Virus record (IMG/VR): IMGVR_UViG_3300009417_000002
Coordinates: 1-36,839 of that record
DNA: 36,839 nucleotides
DNA from: a virus
Strand: one strand, 5' to 3'
The translations under genes and the position numbers were made by a program. This document shows, one piece after another, positions 32,887 to 36,839 of the stretch (the stretch's first letter is position 1; every line of letters begins with the position of its first letter). The notes below the pieces were generated by a model. It searched no databases and was not told the DNA's origin. It worked only from the letters and a program-made list of their open reading frames with translations.

Positions 32887-33036
32887 TTAACTAACTGTTT
32901 CTTCTTGCATTTGTCCGTATAAAACAATCTGCCTTGCGTCTTTCCAAGCCCTATGGTTGGTAATCGCTGTAACATTACTGTTGCAAGTTTCCCCGCCCCA
33001 TACTGAATAAGCTATTGCACAATATTGAATAAACAT
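32887..33036 (-). CDS. Small protein, paralog 2, below the ORF-track cutoff
   Basis: Hand translation gives MFIQYCAIAYSVWGGETCNSNVTAITNHRAWKDARQIVLYGQMQEETVS. The leader is AAAGGGGGAACTTATG. Confidence 0.45.
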   Translation of the reverse strand: MFIQYCAIAYSVWGGETCNSNVTAITNHRAWKDARQIVLYGQMQEETVS

Positions 33037-33063
33037 AAGTTCCCCCTTTTTTTATATTATAGC

Positions 33064-33378
33064 TTACTTCTTCACTTTTTCCTTGTCTGTATTTTCAGAA
33101 GTATCTATTTTTGTTTCACTTTCAACTTCTAGCTTAGAATCCTTTGAAGTGTCATCTTTTGATTCATTATCTGAACCCGTTGCTTCGTCTTTTGATTCAT
33201 TAAGAAATTCTCGCTTCTTAACTAATCCGCCAGTTGCTGAAATGTTTTTACCTTTTGCTGTTACAAACTCGGAAGGTTTATTGTAGTTTTTTCTAGTAGC
33301 TTCAAGAACTTCATTTTGCTTTTCAAGTCCCTTTTTCTTATTAGCTTCAATTTCTTTTATGGTTTTTTCAATTGTCAT
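33064..33378 (-). CDS. Hypothetical K/E/S-rich low-complexity protein
   Basis: 104-aa ORF in the structural operon. Confidence 0.45.
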   Translation of the reverse strand: MTIEKTIKEIEANKKKGLEKQNEVLEATRKNYNKPSEFVTAKGKNISATGGLVKKREFLNESKDEATGSDNESKDDTSKDSKLEVESETKIDTSENTDKEKVKK

Positions 33379-33388
33379 AATTTCCTAT

Positions 33389-34108
33389 TTAGTTATTTTT
33401 AGGGTTTTCCTTCTCTGGCTTTTCTGGTGTTACTACATCACTTTTAGGTTTACCGTCTTTAATTTGTTTTTGCATTTGCTTAACTCTAGCTTCAAGGTTC
33501 GTAATCTTAGCATCTTTTTCTTTAAGCATATCTGTATTATTCCACATATTGTGCAACTTATCTTTTTGCCCTTGAAGGTAAGATCCAAGTTCCGTATAAG
33601 CTGAAATACCGTTTTTCATAATATTAGTTAAACCGCCAGATAAAACTGCTCGTTCACTCTTTTTCAGTGTATCAATATCAGCCATTACTTCTTGATGACT
33701 TGGTAAGTAAAAATCATATACTAACCACTTACGCCTAATTATATTTTCTATTGATGACATTTTAATATGCCCCCCAGATAACCTTAAATGCTTTGCAACT
33801 GGTATTGTTTTTCTTTTTCCGTGCCTTTTAGCATCTTTATTATATTTTGGATTTCTAACTGGAAAACCAGTTTCAGTCATTAAAAATTCGCCAGTCTTTG
33901 GATCTCTCGCAAATTCTTCTTCTGGAAGTAATACTTCTGTTACATCATTAAATTTAACTAATATTACATAAGCATTTAATGAGTTACTTTTATTAAAGCG
34001 TCCGTTCTTGATTTGATTTAAAATCTTTTCGCCTTCCGCTTCTACTAAAGTTCTAAATTCTTCAAATGAGTAGTTGAAGTTTTCGTCTTTTTTAAGTTTA
34101 TTCGTCAT
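33389..34108 (-). CDS. Hypothetical 239-aa protein downstream of the capsid gene
   Basis: ORF with a basic, coiled-coil C-terminus. Function unknown. Confidence 0.5.
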   Translation of the reverse strand: MTNKLKKDENFNYSFEEFRTLVEAEGEKILNQIKNGRFNKSNSLNAYVILVKFNDVTEVLLPEEEFARDPKTGEFLMTETGFPVRNPKYNKDAKRHGKRKTIPVAKHLRLSGGHIKMSSIENIIRRKWLVYDFYLPSHQEVMADIDTLKKSERAVLSGGLTNIMKNGISAYTELGSYLQGQKDKLHNMWNNTDMLKEKDAKITNLEARVKQMQKQIKDGKPKSDVVTPEKPEKENPKNN

Positions 34109-34167
34109 AGTTTTTTACCTTTCCAATACAATTTTACATACAATACATTATTATTTTTTTTTATAAT

Positions 34168-34190
34168 GGAAGGTGTAATAAACACCTTCC
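34168..34190 (-). terminator. 9-bp GC-containing stem-loop right after the major capsid gene (attenuator / stabiliser candidate)
   Basis: GGAAGGTGT-aataa-ACACCTTCC. On the minus-strand transcript it is followed by an A-rich rather than U-rich tract, so it is not a canonical intrinsic terminator. Confidence 0.45.
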
Positions 34191-34208
34191 AGTAAACAAC
34201 AATTCCTA

Positions 34209-35111
34209 TTAAAGAATTGGTGATTCTAATCTACAAATTGCTTCATCTCTGTGTAAAGCAAAATCAGAAAAATGACAAGAAGCTACTAACTCTCTAAAGT
34301 ATTCGACATCTGCATCACTTATTTTTGTTTTGATTGATTGGTCATAACAACCAACAAATGCCCTAGCGGGATCAAATACTGCGTTCATAAAGTTAGCACC
34401 GTCATCATCAACAACTGTAGTAACATAAATATCAAGCCCACCGTGTGTAGCGTAATATCCATTTGATCTTTGGCTTGAAGCGTGTTCAATCAGATCAGTA
34501 TATGAAGTATTATTATTTCCATAAATCGCTGGCAATACCCCAGTCGCTGGGTTTAAAACATCTACCACACCAATTTCAAATGCTGTCTTTTCGTGAAGTA
34601 CAGAAACTAATCTGCTATCTGTAACACTGTGTCCATTTGTTGATGCTCTAATGTTAAAAGCACACGCTTGTAAATCAAGCTGTGAAGCTGATACACCCGC
34701 TGTGTTTAAAACAGAAGTAGAAGTTGAAACAAGTGTAGAAATATCTTCTTCCATACCTAAAACAAATGCTTTAGCTTGTTCTTCCCCAATCTTAGTGTAA
34801 GGATCTCTATATCCGAATCTGTCCGCTTCTTCTGTAATTCTTGAAATTACTGTAGATTTAATCGGATTTAACAATGTAAATGTTTCAATGTATTCTGAAT
34901 ATAATCCAAATGTATATTGAACATTTTCTGGTAAAACTAATCTTCTTAGTTCCCCGTCTTTTGTTATTTTTTTTGTCTGTGTGCCTACTGGCATACCAAC
35001 ATCATTGATTAAGTTCAACCAAACTGCTCTTGGTGTCAAGTTAGCACTGGCTGACATCTGTACAATATCTGTTGGATTGTTTAAGTTTCCATAAGTTGTT
35101 GTAAATGGCAT
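34209..35111 (-). CDS. Major capsid protein (positional)
   Basis: 300 aa, directly after the scaffold-like gene. It has a strong leader (AAGGGGGAATTATG) and a hairpin after its stop. Confidence 0.65.
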   Translation of the reverse strand: MPFTTTYGNLNNPTDIVQMSASANLTPRAVWLNLINDVGMPVGTQTKKITKDGELRRLVLPENVQYTFGLYSEYIETFTLLNPIKSTVISRITEEADRFGYRDPYTKIGEEQAKAFVLGMEEDISTLVSTSTSVLNTAGVSASQLDLQACAFNIRASTNGHSVTDSRLVSVLHEKTAFEIGVVDVLNPATGVLPAIYGNNNTSYTDLIEHASSQRSNGYYATHGGLDIYVTTVVDDDGANFMNAVFDPARAFVGCYDQSIKTKISDADVEYFRELVASCHFSDFALHRDEAICRLESPIL

Positions 35112-35127
35112 AATTCCCCCTTAGTTA

Positions 35128-35874
35128 TTAAAGCCCTAATTGTTTCGCTTTAGCATATTGTATCTTAGGATCTAAACTTCTCCTATAGTTATCATCTTCA
35201 ACAAATCTTTTATTATCTATTGAATCTAAAGCCGACGATCCACCATTTCCACCAGTAGTTCTATTTTGGTTCGGTTGCCCCGCACCACTTTTTCCTTCTG
35301 GTCTAAAATATGACGGTCTAGCTGTTTTTAATTCAGATATATACTCATCTAAAGACATATTGCTTTTCGGGTTGGCTCTCGACAACCGAATATTACCTTC
35401 TGAATCTTTAACAACTAAATTTCCTTCCACCATATCAACATCACGGCGTATTATGTTTTTGATGTCTTCCGCAACATCTTCATTAATCATTGTTGAAACT
35501 TTCCCGAAGGCTCGATCTACAACTTTTAATTCTTTAAGTTCTTGATTCCTAGCCCCTAGCCTTTCTTCTAGATCAGTTATTTTGCTTCCATAATCTGATT
35601 TGAACCGTTCTTTTTCTTGATTAACTCGTTCTTCAACCATTTGATTTATTTGTTCTGGATTACCGCCCGCTGATTGGGTTTGTAAATCTCTTAGCTTCTG
35701 GCGGTCTTCTTCAATTTTAGTTAAATCAACACCTTTATAAATGCCTAGCTGTTCGCTTAGTTCTGAATTTTTATTTGTTAATTCAGTCATTTTACTTGTT
35801 GCTTCTGCTAACTGGGTTTGCACTTCTGCAAACTGTTCTGCTGAAACCGTATTTTCTTCATTTTCTTTAGTCAT
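35128..35874 (-). CDS. Scaffolding protein (positional / compositional)
   Basis: 248 aa with an E/Q/K-rich coiled-coil N-terminal half. It lies immediately upstream of the capsid gene. Confidence 0.55.
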   Translation of the reverse strand: MTKENEENTVSAEQFAEVQTQLAEATSKMTELTNKNSELSEQLGIYKGVDLTKIEEDRQKLRDLQTQSAGGNPEQINQMVEERVNQEKERFKSDYGSKITDLEERLGARNQELKELKVVDRAFGKVSTMINEDVAEDIKNIIRRDVDMVEGNLVVKDSEGNIRLSRANPKSNMSLDEYISELKTARPSYFRPEGKSGAGQPNQNRTTGGNGGSSALDSIDNKRFVEDDNYRRSLDPKIQYAKAKQLGL

Positions 35875-35882
35875 AGCCGTTA

Positions 35883-36311
35883 TTACCTAAATATATAATT
35901 AATTAATCGTTTCACTTGTTCTTCTGACATAGCCATAAACCGTCTAAATGGAACTCTGGAACTATCGCCTTGATTCCACCTAGCCTTCTGTCTATTAAAT
36001 TCGCCAGTTACTGATATTTTACCAGATATTCCCTTCTTACCTATACCAACTTTAGTTTGAATAGAATTGAGCATATTCCCAGTTAGTTTTAAATCTGGCG
36101 GACTGGATTGTAAACCACGCTTCCTTTTATAATCTGCATAGCTTTTAGAATATGGTTTAAAAGTTGATCCTTCTGGGCTTTGCCCCTTTTTAGTTCTGGT
36201 TATGATTTCAGTTCTTATATTTGGCAAGGCACTATCTAATCTGGCTTTCACATTTGGGTTTATTCGGGTTATTGCGTCCCTAAAGTTTCCAGATTGTTTA
36301 TATTTTATCAA
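35883..36311 (-). CDS. Hypothetical basic 142-aa head-module protein
   Basis: ORF carrying PDLKLTGNMLNSI, loosely reminiscent of virion-morphogenesis families. Not verifiable by eye. Confidence 0.45.
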   Translation of the reverse strand: MIKYKQSGNFRDAITRINPNVKARLDSALPNIRTEIITRTKKGQSPEGSTFKPYSKSYADYKRKRGLQSSPPDLKLTGNMLNSIQTKVGIGKKGISGKISVTGEFNRQKARWNQGDSSRVPFRRFMAMSEEQVKRLINYIFR

Positions 36312-36586
36312 TGGTATCTCCGATTGGTTTCTTCTATTGTATCACTTAATTCAGTATCGTCTTCGTCTTCAAGTTCATAATCTACTAATATATTATGAAA
36401 ACTTATTGCTATTTTCTGAACTAAATCTATTTTATCGCCGTCTAAATGGCTTGCAATCTCATCTAAAAAGTCATAAAAATCATCTTTAATTCTATTAAAA
36501 TCATTTAAAGTTATTGTATATTCTTCAACTTCTTCTTCTTCTTCTAAATATGTAATTCTATAAATCTGTGCTTTATTCTTCTTCAT
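36308..36586 (-). CDS. Very acidic 92-aa head-module protein
   Basis: Contains runs EEEEEVEE and ELEDEDDTELSD. It overlaps both neighbouring genes. Confidence 0.5.
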   Translation of the reverse strand: MKKNKAQIYRITYLEEEEEVEEYTITLNDFNRIKDDFYDFLDEIASHLDGDKIDLVQKIAISFHNILVDYELEDEDDTELSDTIEETNRRYH

Positions 36587-36839
36587 TTGCTACTGGTTCC
36601 CAATCGTGGGTGCAATTATAACCACCCCCATAAATAAATACTGGCGTTAAACCTTGCCCGTTATCCATTTGTTGAATTTCTTCATAAGTGAATATCTTAC
36701 CTTGCCTTTCAGCACAAAATGGTCTGGGCGGTGTTTTTGCTTTTCTAACTTTGATATATCTGAACCTTCTAGTTCCTTTCTTTAAAGATTTTTGTATTAC
36801 TGAACTTCTTCTGAAACTGGTTAATGCTGTGTGCAAACT
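36573..36839 (-). CDS. Head morphogenesis protein (MuF / SPP1 gp7-like), C-terminal part of the gene split by the window edge
   Basis: The C-terminal PPRPFCAERQGKIF...GGGYNCTHDWEPV resembles the conserved Cys/His-containing end of MuF/gp7 family proteins. The track-listed M is merely the window edge. Confidence 0.6.
   Translation of the reverse strand, partial: SLHTALTSFRRSSVIQKSLKKGTRRFRYIKVRKAKTPPRPFCAERQGKIFTYEEIQQMDNGQGLTPVFIYGGGYNCTHDWEPVANEEE
36717..36839. repeat. Terminal direct repeat, copy 2 (identical to 1..123)
   Basis: Direct comparison with 1..123. Confidence 0.97.

Noticed and set aside
3649-36489. The other track ORFs antisense to, or in an alternative frame of, stronger genes: 3649, 3997, 4733, 5886, 6465, 8341, 8587, 9336, 11444, 14647, 16693, 19640, 22012, 26025, 26791, 27225, 28519, 29485, 29987, 33083, 33359, 35360 and 36202
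   Set aside because: Each is fully embedded in a longer, syntenically sensible ORF (antisense, or same-strand out-of-frame for 5886). They lack SD-like motifs and give low-complexity or hydrophobic nonsense-like translations.
1-36839. Diversity-generating retroelement, retron, integrase/attP, tRNA genes, toxin-antitoxin pairs
   Set aside because: I found no ORF with reverse-transcriptase (YxDD) or tyrosine/serine recombinase signatures, and no obvious template/variable repeat pair near the fibre-like genes. No intergenic segment has tRNA-like T-loop sequence. This was a by-eye search only, so small ncRNAs cannot be excluded.

Overview
This window is one complete, circularly closed, visibly AT-rich tailed-phage genome with siphovirus-like gene order. 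Bases 1..123 are identical to 36717..36839, so the unique unit is 36716 bp. The assembly break falls inside a MuF/SPP1-gp7-like head morphogenesis gene.

Late genes (minus strand): one roughly 27-kb operon starts at the 5101..5386 control region and runs through the circular junction down to 14448. In order it encodes a TerS-like HTH protein, an unknown 197-aa protein, a 49-aa membrane peptide, TerL, portal, MuF-like protein, an acidic 92-aa protein, a 142-aa protein, scaffold-like protein and major capsid candidate. These are followed by several small proteins with strong GGGGG ribosome-binding sites, an unusual 327-aa plus ~498-aa Tyr-rich beta-solenoid pair, and connector-sized proteins. 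Then come the major tail protein, the G/GT chaperone with a canonical A_AAA_AAG -1 frameshift site, a 1503-aa tape measure, four distal tail proteins, a lysis cassette (SLT endolysin, lipoprotein, TM proteins) and two unknowns.

Early genes (plus strand, 5387..14464): an initiator-like protein, an acidic 150-aa protein plus a 55-aa HTH ORF, Gp157-like and DUF1351-like proteins, about ten small unknowns, a lipoprotein with micro-peptides, a signal-peptide SLT transglycosylase, RecT, and more small ORFs. An inverted two-gene unit (Cro-like HTH plus VRR-NUC nuclease) sits at 6326..6946.

Noncoding structure not explained by genes:
- A GC-rich triple repeat with 22-bp phasing and G8/G7 runs next to an AT-only tract (ori or cos/pac candidate).
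- A TGTAA-N3-TTACA palindrome family overlapping the putative late promoter.
- A TTTACATTTGTAT(C) box family forming inverted-repeat operators, including a duplicated ~60-bp promoter/leader cassette in front of the Gp157-like gene and recT.
- Strong hairpins after the capsid and tail-tube genes.

I recognised no integrase, DNA polymerase, helicase, primase, tRNA, CRISPR array or reverse transcriptase. All functional calls come from motifs read by eye and from synteny; no database search was possible.
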